Of a DNA stretch of 51,649 nt, positions 17,979-28,178 are shown piece by piece. The notes beneath the pieces are model-generated. The model was not told the DNA's origin, did not search any database, and saw only the letters and a list, made by a program, of their open reading frames with translations. Both the position numbers and the translations under genes were made by a program. This DNA comes from a virus. Taxonomy: Duplodnaviria; Caudoviricetes. The stretch lies in the IMG/VR virus record IMGVR_UViG_3300048611_000030, positions 1-51,649 of that record, one strand, 5' to 3'. Every line of letters begins with the position of its first letter. The first letter of the stretch is position 1.

Positions 17979-18342
17979 AATATGTAGCAAATGTGGCACA
18001 GAGAAAGACTTAACTGACTTTTGGAAAAATCGGGATGGGCGCAAAGGCAGGCACTCCAGATGTAGGGAGTGCATGAAAAGCCGTTTAGTTAATTATAGAC
18101 CAGATAAACATAGATATAAAAAATATGGCACTACTCATGTTGATAAAACATGCGCTATTTGTGGAATAGAAGTTACTCAATACGGAAGATCGGGCACAGC
18201 CGCATGTATAGATCATTGCCATAAAACAAAAATTGTGCGTGGAACTTTATGTAACAATTGTAATAGAGCATTGGGGCTATTCAAAGATAATAAAATGATA
18301 TTACAAGCTGCTGTAAACTATTTAGAGAAGTGGGTACCATGA
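17971..18342 (+). CDS. Endonuclease VII-family HNH homing endonuclease
   Basis: CAIC, IDHCH...VRGTLCNNCNRALGLFKDN; AT-rich. Confidence 0.9.
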   Translation: MNKICSKCGTEKDLTDFWKNRDGRKGRHSRCRECMKSRLVNYRPDKHRYKKYGTTHVDKTCAICGIEVTQYGRSGTAACIDHCHKTKIVRGTLCNNCNRALGLFKDNKMILQAAVNYLEKWVP

Positions 18343-18572
18343 GAGGATGTTACCGCTGCGGAGCCATTGATGGTCCAGTTGAAGTCAAAAACAACGAAGA
18401 GCCCGTTATCCTTACCTGCGGAGAGTGCGGAGAAGAAAACACAATAGTCACTTTTCAAGTAGCCTTGGATTTGCTTAACGAGAAACATTTTCACGATAGG
18501 ATGCGCGGCGGACTCGTGTATGAAAAGTCCGTAGATGATGTAGATGAGTTTCTGGAGTCCATTGGAGAATAA
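18339..18572 (+). CDS. Small Zn-ribbon protein
   Basis: CYRC...CGEC. Confidence 0.65.
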   Translation: MRGCYRCGAIDGPVEVKNNEEPVILTCGECGEENTIVTFQVALDLLNEKHFHDRMRGGLVYEKSVDDVDEFLESIGE

Positions 18573-19306
18573 TGAAAAATAAGAAACCTCGTGTCCTTTT
18601 CTACGACATAGAAACATCGCCTAATGAAATGTGGTCATGGTCGTTGCGTATTCCTAGCGGGTATCTCTCGCACGACAACATCAAGAAAGAGCGCAACATT
18701 ATCTGTGGGGGGTGGAAGTGGCAGGGCAAACAGAAAGTACATACGGTTGCAGTTAAGCATACTAATCCGCACGATGACAGGGCTGTAGTTAAGGCCCTGC
18801 GGGAAGCTGTAGCAAGTGCTGACGCTGTAGTACATCATAACGGCGATCAGTTTGATATGAAGTGGCTCCGTGCAAGGATTCTGTATCACAAGCTGCCTCC
18901 GTTGCCGCCTGTGTTGCAGATTGACACCAAAAAGATTGCCAAGTCGCACTTCTATTTCAACTCGAACCGGCTGGATTATCTGGCGCGGTTCTTGGGGATT
19001 GGCTGTAAGATCAAGACGGACTTTGATTTGTGGAAGTCAGTAATGAGTGGCGTAAAGGCAGCACTAGCCAAGATGCTTGCGTATAACAAGCACGACGTAG
19101 TGTTGTTGGAGAAAGTGTACAACCGGCTTCTTCCCCACGCGCCTGTGCGCCTAAAGCGACTGTATGCAGAGAAAGAGTCGTGTCAACATTGTGGTGGAAG
19201 TGAAGTTCAATATAGGGGGTATCATTATACTATAGCAAATAAATACAAGCGGTATCAGTGTTTGGGGTGTGGTAAATGGGGACATTCAGCTAAGGCGGAG
19301 AAATAA
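18572..19306 (+). CDS. RNase H-like (DnaQ/DEDD) 3'-5' exonuclease with C-terminal Zn ribbon
   Basis: YDIETSP, HNGDQFD, SNRLDYLA, YNKHDV, CQHC..CLGC motifs. Confidence 0.88.
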   Translation: MKNKKPRVLFYDIETSPNEMWSWSLRIPSGYLSHDNIKKERNIICGGWKWQGKQKVHTVAVKHTNPHDDRAVVKALREAVASADAVVHHNGDQFDMKWLRARILYHKLPPLPPVLQIDTKKIAKSHFYFNSNRLDYLARFLGIGCKIKTDFDLWKSVMSGVKAALAKMLAYNKHDVVLLEKVYNRLLPHAPVRLKRLYAEKESCQHCGGSEVQYRGYHYTIANKYKRYQCLGCGKWGHSAKAEK

Positions 19307-19533
19307 TGATGGCGAAGATCATCAGCTTGGAAGAAAGAAAGTTTGTTCGTAGGTTCGTTGACATCTACACAAAAGACGGTGAAATGGCAGCAGGGCGATA
19401 CGCGCATGAGCAGGGCATCGGCGACAATGATGCGGATATGGCGCGGTATCGTCCAGAGATCAAGAAAGAGTTTGAGCGTCGTGGATATACTTTTCCAAAA
19501 CAACAATCTGATAACGAGGAGACGTGTCATTAA
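19306..19533 (+). CDS. Hypothetical protein
   Basis: GGAG RBS; 75 aa. Confidence 0.7.
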   Translation: MMAKIISLEERKFVRRFVDIYTKDGEMAAGRYAHEQGIGDNDADMARYRPEIKKEFERRGYTFPKQQSDNEETCH

Positions 19534-19921
19534 ATTAGCCGTCGTTGGTAGTCGTAGTATCACAGACAAGAATCTCATCATGGAAACCATGAATGAGGCA
19601 ATGGACAAATATGGGGATGCGGGGGGCTCGGTAGTTATCCTTAGCGGCGGCGCTAAGGGAGTCGATACTCTGGCGCGAGAGATAGCCCACGAACTTGATT
19701 TGGACTTTGTTCTGTTCAAGCCGTATCACATGCTGGACCCTACGGTGGAATATACTCCCAAGTATTTCTTCACTCGCAACAAGCAGATTGCAGACAACGC
19801 GGACGTAGTGGTTATTGTGTGGGACGGCAAGTCCAACGGTACTCGTCACATGGTGGAATACTGCCGTAAACATAAAAAACCATTTATATTGTATAATAGC
19901 GAAGATGCTAATATCTCGTAA
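19529..19921 (+). CDS. YspA/SLOG-family (DUF2493-like) protein, probable ATT start
   Basis: KLAVVGSRS, SGGAKGVDTLA, RNKQI, WDGKSNGT motifs; GAGGAG lies 7 nt before ATT 19529. Confidence 0.85.
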   Translation: MKLAVVGSRSITDKNLIMETMNEAMDKYGDAGGSVVILSGGAKGVDTLAREIAHELDLDFVLFKPYHMLDPTVEYTPKYFFTRNKQIADNADVVVIVWDGKSNGTRHMVEYCRKHKKPFILYNSEDANIS

Positions 19922-20276
19922 TGATCTTTATTGGCTAGCTGGGTTGTGGGAAGGGGAGGGATGTTTCTCTTGGCATAGCCGAAAAACTAATTACGGACAA
20001 CCAGTAGCGGCAATCTCTATGGCAGACTCCGATGTTATTGAGAAAGCTGCGAAACTGATTGGGGCGAAATCTGTTACAACGACACAAAAGTTAGGCAGGA
20101 AGCCCGCTTTTCGTGCATGTGTTACTGGAAATAAAGCATACCAACTTATGCAGGCACTTAAGCCCCTTATGGGCGATAGGAGAACAATGAAGATAACTGA
20201 ACTTAGTGGTAAATGGGAACGTAGACCAAGCGTGTCTGCTCAGCCCTATGTATTGTACGATGAAACGGCTGCGTAG
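19905..20276 (+). CDS. Free-standing single-motif LAGLIDADG endonuclease-like protein
   Basis: YWLAGLWEGEGCFS helix, ISMAD.DVI. Confidence 0.8.
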   Translation: MLISRNDLYWLAGLWEGEGCFSWHSRKTNYGQPVAAISMADSDVIEKAAKLIGAKSVTTTQKLGRKPAFRACVTGNKAYQLMQALKPLMGDRRTMKITELSGKWERRPSVSAQPYVLYDETAA

Positions 20277-20709
20277 TCGTATCCGTGCTTACTCTATCGC
20301 ATCAGTAAGTCCGAGCTTACTTACTGCGGTAGAGAAGCTGCACACTGAGTGTTTTGGTCAGCAAGATTATTACGCAACCGTAGGGAAATTCAAGCATGAA
20401 TTATCCCTTAATATACTAGGTAGATTGTTTGTAGCTATGTATAACGGCGCGGTTGTTGGGTACTTGCTGGTAGGAGTACAGCCACAATTCGGACAGCTTC
20501 GAGGAGAGCGTCTTGGCATTTCCCGGAAATGGAGGCGAAAGGGACTTGGGCGGGCGCTTGTAATGCGAGCACTTGAATACTCGCATAAGGAGGATATGCA
20601 GTATCGCACGTACGTTGCTATTGAAAACACCGCTAGTGTTAGACTGCATTTGAATTGCGGTTTACAAATAACAAAGAGTGACAAAACCTTTCTTTATTTA
20701 CAAGAATAA
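20260..20709 (+). CDS. GNAT acetyltransferase (RimI-like)
   Basis: VVGYLL, WRRKGLGRAL, ENTASVRLH..CGL motifs. Confidence 0.85.
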   Translation: MKRLRSRIRAYSIASVSPSLLTAVEKLHTECFGQQDYYATVGKFKHELSLNILGRLFVAMYNGAVVGYLLVGVQPQFGQLRGERLGISRKWRRKGLGRALVMRALEYSHKEDMQYRTYVAIENTASVRLHLNCGLQITKSDKTFLYLQE

Positions 20710-20713
20710 AAAT

Positions 20714-20729
20714 GTAGTCTGCCGACTAC
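20714..20729. repeat. Dispersed palindrome GTAGTC-tgcc-GACTAC
   Basis: After the GNAT stop; flanked by A and T runs. Confidence 0.95.
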
Positions 20730-20768
20730 AATTTTACAACAACCAAATTAATAGGAGATTTATTACAA

Positions 20769-20972
20769 ATGTTTTTCCCCACTATTGCAAAAGTTCGTCG
20801 CAAGTTGGATTCTTTGATGGATGATCTTATTGTTATTGCAGACCAAGCGGCGCAGCGTGTTGACGATATTGAATCCGCTGTAGCCGTGCTTAATGTGAGA
20901 AAAGCCGAAGCGTACGCGGACAAAACCGAAGCGTTGCGCTTCCGTAGTTCCATCCTATCCAGAAAGAACTAA
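20769..20972 (+). CDS. Small coiled-coil protein, last gene of the plus arm
   Basis: AGGAG RBS; 67 aa. Confidence 0.7.
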   Translation: MFFPTIAKVRRKLDSLMDDLIVIADQAAQRVDDIESAVAVLNVRKAEAYADKTEALRFRSSILSRKN

Positions 20973-21424
20973 CCTTCTAATCGCCACTTTGCTATAAGGC
21001 GAGTGGCCCGTACTTTAACTTGCTTTGCCCATAGGGAGCTACTCAATCCCTCAATAACATCCTCGGTGCGTCCCTGTTCCATAGCAGCGAGTGTGCGTTT
21101 GAAGTTGAGTAGCTTCCCTGTTGGGTCCTCTTCGGTTGGACCTACTCCCAAGTTGTAGGCCAAGTTCGCCAGAACTTCTTGTCTGACTTCCGAAAGATCG
21201 TTCCACCACGGAAGATACTTATCCAATAGCACTACAGTTCTCTTGATGTCATTCTCAAGAAGTAGGTCGATCTCATCCTCGCTGAAATCCCTATCCGACA
21301 CGTTACGTCCATACCCCACGGTCAGCTTGCCAACAGATCGCACGGGATGGCCGGAGTCGTCATATATCCGCACCCGGCGTCCCTCATCCATCTTTAGTTG
21401 GCGCTTAAGCCGCTGTAGGTTCAT
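20969..21424 (-). CDS. Lysozyme (GH24/T4-like) endolysin
   Basis: DEG.R...YDD...LTVGYGRN, RQEVLANLAYNLG, SLWAKQVKVRA motifs. Confidence 0.9.
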   Translation of the reverse strand: MNLQRLKRQLKMDEGRRVRIYDDSGHPVRSVGKLTVGYGRNVSDRDFSEDEIDLLLENDIKRTVVLLDKYLPWWNDLSEVRQEVLANLAYNLGVGPTEEDPTGKLLNFKRTLAAMEQGRTEDVIEGLSSSLWAKQVKVRATRLIAKWRLEG

Positions 21425-23439
21425 TTACGTGGACCAGTACCCGCAATATCTTCCTCAGTAGCACCCAGCTTACGGGCAACAGCCTCAAGGTCCTTCTGTC
21501 GCTTCTGTAAGGAAGCGATCTGCGTGTTGATGTCAGAGTTCTCATCTTGCGACAATTCGCTGACACCGCTCTGCGGCATTACGGATTCCCGCGGAGTAGC
21601 CCCGCGCCAAGTATCAATCTTACCCGATTCAATCTGTTTCTTTTTCTCATCTGTAGCAGCAGAATGTTCAGCAGCCTTCACATTTACATCAGCCAGCATA
21701 CTGCTGAGATATTCATCCACCGTCTTTCCGCCCAATGCCCGCTCGAACTCCGGATAGGACTCATAGGTACGAAGAACCTTAGCGATAGCGTTAAGAGACT
21801 TAACCGTTCTACGGAAATCCCCGTTATCCGCAACAACAGATACGAGTAGTCCCTTTTTAAGTCCATTCTCTCCGGTGGCGGGAGCCACGGGACTATAGGA
21901 AAACTCCTTGCCGTCATACGTGATTACCTTGCTAAGTGCATCCTTGTCAATCTCAGGAGAGTTTACCCGACTCTCACTAAGCAGGTAAGGAAGGGTAGAG
22001 AGCACCTTAGCAGTTTCACTGGCTACGCTAAATACCAATTTATTTCTTTGGTCAGGAGTTGTGTTGGCCGCCACGCGAGGGTCGCCCATTACATGAATAG
22101 ACTGTATATCTCCTTTATCCGCAGACTTGATTAGAACATCAATTCCCTTATGCTTTAACTCAGGTGCAGTATCCGGGCTTTTATCTACAGCAAGAGTTGT
22201 GGCCCCAAGAAGAGTTGCTTGATGTTCTGCTGGCGCAGATTGTTTATCGGGTAGAAATCCATTAGTGATATTATCTAAGCCACGGATTAGTGCAGGAAGC
22301 TGCGATTGATACGCTCCCACAATACCCGCCGCCGGGTCATTACGCATGAAGTTGGCTTTCTGCTCAGCGTTCATATTCTCGAAGCGTTGCATGGTATCCA
22401 ACACCAACTTAGCGCCCACCCCGGGGGCAGCACGCTCAGCCATCGCTAAGGCGGGGAAGGTCTTAGCTCCCATAACATCCATAAAAGCCAGCACACCTTC
22501 TTTTTTATCCTTCATAATGGTGGAAAATGATTGCGACGTAACCATAGACTCCACGTTCTTAAAGTAAGAGTCGATGTTGTTCCGCATTGTGCTAACAATG
22601 CTAGTGTCTACCGTCTGTCCTTGGATACGCTTCTCAAACGCGGATAGAGACAGCTGCTTGGCAAGGCCAATCTGCTTCAATATTTCCTCAGGCTTCATAA
22701 TGGCGCCGTCATTGGCAATCCGAGCCTGCATAGCGCCAAGGATTCCATAGGTTTTCACATGCGCGATGTTGGTCGCATACCCCTCCGCATCAATGGCACT
22801 AAACTTCCCATTAAGCAGCTTGTTCTCTTTCTGCTTGTTGTCCAATTCAATAGCAGAGGTCTGGTCAAATACACGGCGCACTGTGTCTTTGTGCTCTTTG
22901 GTAACAATAGGACCGTTCGGGCCCAAGATAAACTGCCCGTGCTTTACCGCTTCTTTTTCCAAGAAGGCATCAAGCCCCGCCGCGTTCTTCTCAGCCTCTG
23001 TCTCATCTAGCAGATCAGTACCCGGCCCGAAGTCCCCGAAGAAGGCTGCTGCCTGCTGCCGGAACTGGGAGGACATGCCCGGAAGGCGGGCTGAGGCCGA
23101 CTGTACGGCCCGTGCCGCCATGATCTTAGCTCCACTGGCCGTCACTAGCCCCTGCTGCCTCATCTTGGCTATACGGGTAAGGTTTAGCTCCTTATCAACC
23201 TCAGGGGTAACTGCGGCTATTCCACTAGGTGTGGGGGATACGGGGCCCGGCGTAACTGGCTCCCCGTCGGTTCCCTCCAGATCACGGGATACCTTATCCG
23301 CGTAGAGGGTAAGCCCGACCTGCCCTACAGTTTTGGCAAGGTCGGTAGGGTCTACCGCCAGCGGACGGGAGAAGTTCCGTTCAGGGAACGCTACAGAAGG
23401 AAGGTCTTGTGTAAACGTAGTGTCGCTCTTTCTAGGCAT
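21421..23439 (-). CDS. Putative internal virion (ejection) protein
   Basis: 672 aa, Ala-rich helical; podovirus synteny. Confidence 0.65.
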   Translation of the reverse strand: MPRKSDTTFTQDLPSVAFPERNFSRPLAVDPTDLAKTVGQVGLTLYADKVSRDLEGTDGEPVTPGPVSPTPSGIAAVTPEVDKELNLTRIAKMRQQGLVTASGAKIMAARAVQSASARLPGMSSQFRQQAAAFFGDFGPGTDLLDETEAEKNAAGLDAFLEKEAVKHGQFILGPNGPIVTKEHKDTVRRVFDQTSAIELDNKQKENKLLNGKFSAIDAEGYATNIAHVKTYGILGAMQARIANDGAIMKPEEILKQIGLAKQLSLSAFEKRIQGQTVDTSIVSTMRNNIDSYFKNVESMVTSQSFSTIMKDKKEGVLAFMDVMGAKTFPALAMAERAAPGVGAKLVLDTMQRFENMNAEQKANFMRNDPAAGIVGAYQSQLPALIRGLDNITNGFLPDKQSAPAEHQATLLGATTLAVDKSPDTAPELKHKGIDVLIKSADKGDIQSIHVMGDPRVAANTTPDQRNKLVFSVASETAKVLSTLPYLLSESRVNSPEIDKDALSKVITYDGKEFSYSPVAPATGENGLKKGLLVSVVADNGDFRRTVKSLNAIAKVLRTYESYPEFERALGGKTVDEYLSSMLADVNVKAAEHSAATDEKKKQIESGKIDTWRGATPRESVMPQSGVSELSQDENSDINTQIASLQKRQKDLEAVARKLGATEEDIAGTGPRK

Positions 23440-26400
23440 TATTTGTCACTCTCTTTCTGTGATGCTTCGGGTTGTCCACTAAGCAGCAGATTTGTAAACG
23501 GACCATTGTACTTAAGCCAATCAGGGCGGGACTTCTCAATCAACTGATCGGAGTAGTTGCGATACCATTGCATGATTTGCTGTTCCTTCTCAGAGGAACC
23601 GGAGGTAATACGCTCTTGCACGGACTTCTGAATGTCGTGCCACGTAGCTTCATCCACCTGCGAGCGGTACCAGTCCATCATTACTTGCGCGTTTTCGGCT
23701 GTCAGCTTTGTGTTGAGTACACCTGTTTCTCCGCCAAGATAGCGGTAGTGAATGTCAAGCACTCCTTGCACAAAGTCCTTCTTAACCTCCTCAATGGCCT
23801 TGTTAGCCATACGCAGATCGCTGGTGAACTTCACTTCGGATGGACGGAACCCTAAGGCTTGCCCCATGATAGTTCCCGCATCAAACCCCGACGAACCGGC
23901 ATCTACAACTACGCGTCCCTGATTATCAACAATCATATTAGTGCGCTGCATGGCATACGCTTTAGTCAAATTATTCCAAGTGGATGCCGTCTTAGCAAGC
24001 TCGTTGGCTACATACGCTAGTTCCTTGGGTGTCCAGCTCACTTTCTCGGCGTTCGCCACCAGCGGCTTGAGCCGTGCAAAGCCTTGGAACAGGTTGCTAC
24101 TTACCTGACCGAACGCACCGAACATAGCACCGAGAGATTTCCCGGAAGTAGTCATGTTCACCATGTTCTCTACCAGACCATCCGTGATTGAACCACGACC
24201 ACCCAATTCCACATTGGCCCCAAGACCATAGAAGGTAGCAAGGTCCCATACACCGCCGTTCAGATACTTGAGGGTTTCCGGGCTCAACTGTTCCGGAGTA
24301 ACACCTGCCTGTTGCGCGGCGTAGTTAGCCGCGTACTTACCAAGAGGCACGCCTGCTGCGCCGTACAGCGCGAACTGCATGAGTACGAACTGGCGACGCT
24401 GCGCTGCGGAGAACTTCTGGTTGCCGCCGAACATAGTTGGCATCATAGCCTCGACCCACTTGGCCTGAATCTGCATGAACTGCGTAGGCAGCGAGAAGAT
24501 ACCTTTCTGCCACGACGCGCGATTGGCGCGAGTCATGTTAAGGGAAATGTGCATGGTGTAGTCAAGAATACCTTTCAGTTCCTTGTCTCCAATGTCCATG
24601 ATCGACTTGCCCGGATTAGCAGCCAGCCACTTCTCAACCGCAGCAGAGAAGGAGTACGTGCGGTTGAACAACTCCCCTCGACGGTAGAACATAAGTCCCT
24701 TATCCGCCGCATCCTTAATAGCCTTCAATCCAATGCCGTAGGATTGAGCAGCAGCCGAATGGTCCGCTGTTGCTCGAATAGAATCCCGTAGTCCTGCCTG
24801 CTTAAACAAAGTCAACATCTTCTCGAACTCATCGGGCTTCAGGCCCATAGCTTTGCCCACTGACCGGATGTATGCAGGGTTCTCAGCGAACATGACTGTG
24901 GTAAGGCCAAAGCCTCGCCGCAGATCATTCATCGCCGTAAGGGGATGTAAGGAGAACGCAATGGATGCGCCCTGCGCCTGCACGAACAACTGCACGGGAC
25001 CGAACCATCCCAATAGAGCATGGAACGCAACAGCACGGCCCACAGCGAACGGGTCCTTCTGTGCCAGATTCATTGTGAACGTACGAGCAACCTTAGGCAG
25101 CTTGGCACTAGCAATCTCTTCCCCAAAGACCTTAAGCGGAGTCTCCGCCCACTCTACCAGAGAGCGCATGTGTTGAGACAGCCACACTTCCTCGTTGGTG
25201 GGGATGCGGGCTTGATCGTTAATAAACGTAGCGTAGGCATCGAGAGACGCCTTCTCCGGGGAACCTGTACGAAGAGTTACGGAATCAATGGCCTCACGGA
25301 ATTTAGTTATCCCCGGACGGACGGCCTTCATGGCCCGTGCGGTATTCATCCACCGCTGCTGGGCAGCCAAGCGCCACTCGTTGCGCGGGTAGTAGTTGGA
25401 TACATGCTGCGTATATCTCTGTATGGATTCAAAGGCGCTGTACCGCTTAGGCACTTCCCCGCTTACTCCGAACAGGATGTCATGGGTAGCGCGACGGCTA
25501 GTGAACAGCCCGCCATGCACTCCATAGGACTCACGAGAGAGTTCCTCGGCGGCCATGTCACGGTCAGCCAGAACAAAGACATTCTTGAGATTTCCCTTTT
25601 CATCTAGCTCCGCGGACAGCTTGCCTCGCAGATGTTCCTCCATCAGTTCCCGTATCTCATCATCCGAGTGCCCCATGTCCCGCAGTTCGTCCATAAGACG
25701 GGCAGCGTCTTTATCGTTAGTAGCGTTAAGCTGCTCTCGAATTAGGAAGCGAGTCTTTTTCTGCTTGGCGAGAAAGGCATCAGCTTCTTTCTTGCTGTCG
25801 AATATGCGGAGAGTCTTGGTGCCGAAGATTTTATTCTCCACACCATTCAGGCTTCCCACCATGTTCTCTTTGACAAAGTAGAAGGCGTTTTTATATATCT
25901 TGGGAACGTACCCAATCTTATAGTTCAGCACGCGTCCGGGAAGGTCGGTGATGCGATCTGCGTTGACAAATACATAGTCATAGTGCGAGCCGTTGATGGC
26001 CGCTGGTTGCTCCAGCTTAACCATCTTAGACCCGTTGTCGTACAGGTCCTCGAAGCTGATGTTGGCTTTGGCCTCAACCCCACCAAGCCCATTGTGCGAC
26101 AAGGGACTATATAGGCGTTCTACGTCCTTACCTTGCAGAACAGCACGAGCACCGGCAGCCGTTTCAATAGGCGTACCGATGGCATCCTCTCCCTCAACAT
26201 CCACCCGACGAAATCCGCGGAATGCCAGAGTCTTACGCGCTTGGTCATTCTTAACAATAAACAAATGATCGAGTACCCTACGGATACCGAAGTATGCGGA
26301 GATTTCATCGTCGTCAAGTTTGATTAGACCGGACGGAGTATGCACCCCGGAGCGCAGTTCGTCTATAGTGTAGACCTTGCCCCGCGTAACCTCATTGGTT

Positions 26401-28178
26401 GCCCCTATCTCTGTGTGTGCATCCCCTTGCAAAAGAACCTCATCAATCTTACGCAGACGGGCACGAGCCTTGGGCGTAATGAACGATCTTCCAATAGGTT
26501 TTAGGGCAATCTCAATTTCTTTTTGTAAGGTATTGGCGAGGATGTGTCCCCCAAGTTCTGCGCGAGTTGCAGCGTTGGCTGACTCACTCATTACCTTATT
26601 CCCCTCCAGCTTTGCCATCACAAGTGACGGTGTGGCAATGTGGGCCTGCACGGGACCGACTGTGGTGCCACTCATGGCCCCCACATCATCTTGAGTGAAG
26701 ATATATTTATCGTTACTCTTAACCAAGAAACGTCCGGTAGAGGCTTCAACAACCTCGCCCTTCTGGATGATTCCAGTATCCACTAACTCTTGCAGGCGAG
26801 CCTCGGCTCCCTTCCGTGTACGAAGCGGGTCTCCGGTCTTAGCTGAACCAAAAGTAACCTCAGCCTCAAGGCTGGTATCATTCACACCCTTAAGGGTCAG
26901 CTTATTGAATCCGGAACCGGGCTCATCGGCGAATGTGCGCCACTTAGCAAGATACTTTTCCTTCGCGGCCGCAATCTCGGCGACGTGCAGAGGTTCCGCA
27001 ATTAATGGATTACCGGAACGCAAGAAGTCAGCAAGCTCTTGCTCACTCTGGCGTAGTTCCTTCATGGTCTGTCCAGAGATACCATCCACGTAGGACGATG
27101 GGTCCAGACGTGCCGCTTCATACGGCATTGCGTTTGTTGCCGCTATATCTCGCGGAACACCAGCCACATCGGATATCTTGCCGGTAGCATCGGTAAGAAT
27201 CTTGCTGTTCAGCTTTGCGGCATCAGCAACCTTTGCTGCTTCCGACAGATACGCTAACGGATTAATGGCTTGCTTAGTTGCACGGACCATAGCCATCATG
27301 GTCTTAGGCGTAGCTATTGTTCCGCCAACAAGAGCGCCTTCCATAAGGGCATCTGCTGTAATACGCTGATCGCCGTAGGGAGACATCAACCTGCCCATCA
27401 ACTGCATTGCTCGAATAGGGTTGTCGTTGGTTGCCTCAAGGATACGCTGTTTAAGTTCAGGCATAGCCTGTATCTTTTCCGCAGCAGGCAGCGCGTTCCA
27501 CGCATCAAACCATTCCGTAGCCTTGCCCGGAGAAAGCATGTTGGTATCTGTGAAGTCAGCTACGTCGTCATGGGCAATAGGCCACACAGCAGCCTTAAGC
27601 AGTAAGCCTCCGTAGTTCTGAACCTTCGCAAAGAAACCCTCATTCTTTTGCATAATCTCATTGGACATTTCAGCAAGGTGCTGCTGCACGACCATGTTGT
27701 TGTGGGTTTCCTCATCCAAGGTAGGAGCGATGGTGTCCAATACATCCGAGTGATAATTGTCCGGATTGCTAGAAGAGTCTTGAATCTCACGGAAGATTCC
27801 CCCCATGCCCACGGCCATATCCGCCGCCTTATCGGGATCAAGTGTATTGATGTATCCCTCCATCAATGCCCTCATGCCTTCCGTATCATCGGAAGCACGA
27901 GCATCCATGACCATCCTCTTTAATCCAAGATAGCCCGCATCGTTAGCCGCAGCCCCTTTGTACTTCTCGAATCGAGACGCTATTTCATTGATATCAGGGT
28001 CGCCAGCCTCCCGCTTGGACATAGCAATAGCAGCTTGCAACGAACGGAAGTTCGTCATTTTCTCGTCGTTGGCCGGAAGTGAGTTTATAGGCGCGGTTGC
28101 CATAGCAAGGTAATCCGGAGACTCATCCTCCGGAGGAACAAGTAAGTCCTGTGCTTCTTGTGCTGGATTGGTTTCCAT
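23439..28178 (-). CDS. Large internal virion (ejection) protein
   Basis: About 1579 aa from METNPAQ; T7 gp16-like position and size. Confidence 0.75.
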   Translation of the reverse strand: METNPAQEAQDLLVPPEDESPDYLAMATAPINSLPANDEKMTNFRSLQAAIAMSKREAGDPDINEIASRFEKYKGAAANDAGYLGLKRMVMDARASDDTEGMRALMEGYINTLDPDKAADMAVGMGGIFREIQDSSSNPDNYHSDVLDTIAPTLDEETHNNMVVQQHLAEMSNEIMQKNEGFFAKVQNYGGLLLKAAVWPIAHDDVADFTDTNMLSPGKATEWFDAWNALPAAEKIQAMPELKQRILEATNDNPIRAMQLMGRLMSPYGDQRITADALMEGALVGGTIATPKTMMAMVRATKQAINPLAYLSEAAKVADAAKLNSKILTDATGKISDVAGVPRDIAATNAMPYEAARLDPSSYVDGISGQTMKELRQSEQELADFLRSGNPLIAEPLHVAEIAAAKEKYLAKWRTFADEPGSGFNKLTLKGVNDTSLEAEVTFGSAKTGDPLRTRKGAEARLQELVDTGIIQKGEVVEASTGRFLVKSNDKYIFTQDDVGAMSGTTVGPVQAHIATPSLVMAKLEGNKVMSESANAATRAELGGHILANTLQKEIEIALKPIGRSFITPKARARLRKIDEVLLQGDAHTEIGATNEVTRGKVYTIDELRSGVHTPSGLIKLDDDEISAYFGIRRVLDHLFIVKNDQARKTLAFRGFRRVDVEGEDAIGTPIETAAGARAVLQGKDVERLYSPLSHNGLGGVEAKANISFEDLYDNGSKMVKLEQPAAINGSHYDYVFVNADRITDLPGRVLNYKIGYVPKIYKNAFYFVKENMVGSLNGVENKIFGTKTLRIFDSKKEADAFLAKQKKTRFLIREQLNATNDKDAARLMDELRDMGHSDDEIRELMEEHLRGKLSAELDEKGNLKNVFVLADRDMAAEELSRESYGVHGGLFTSRRATHDILFGVSGEVPKRYSAFESIQRYTQHVSNYYPRNEWRLAAQQRWMNTARAMKAVRPGITKFREAIDSVTLRTGSPEKASLDAYATFINDQARIPTNEEVWLSQHMRSLVEWAETPLKVFGEEIASAKLPKVARTFTMNLAQKDPFAVGRAVAFHALLGWFGPVQLFVQAQGASIAFSLHPLTAMNDLRRGFGLTTVMFAENPAYIRSVGKAMGLKPDEFEKMLTLFKQAGLRDSIRATADHSAAAQSYGIGLKAIKDAADKGLMFYRRGELFNRTYSFSAAVEKWLAANPGKSIMDIGDKELKGILDYTMHISLNMTRANRASWQKGIFSLPTQFMQIQAKWVEAMMPTMFGGNQKFSAAQRRQFVLMQFALYGAAGVPLGKYAANYAAQQAGVTPEQLSPETLKYLNGGVWDLATFYGLGANVELGGRGSITDGLVENMVNMTTSGKSLGAMFGAFGQVSSNLFQGFARLKPLVANAEKVSWTPKELAYVANELAKTASTWNNLTKAYAMQRTNMIVDNQGRVVVDAGSSGFDAGTIMGQALGFRPSEVKFTSDLRMANKAIEEVKKDFVQGVLDIHYRYLGGETGVLNTKLTAENAQVMMDWYRSQVDEATWHDIQKSVQERITSGSSEKEQQIMQWYRNYSDQLIEKSRPDWLKYNGPFTNLLLSGQPEASQKESDK

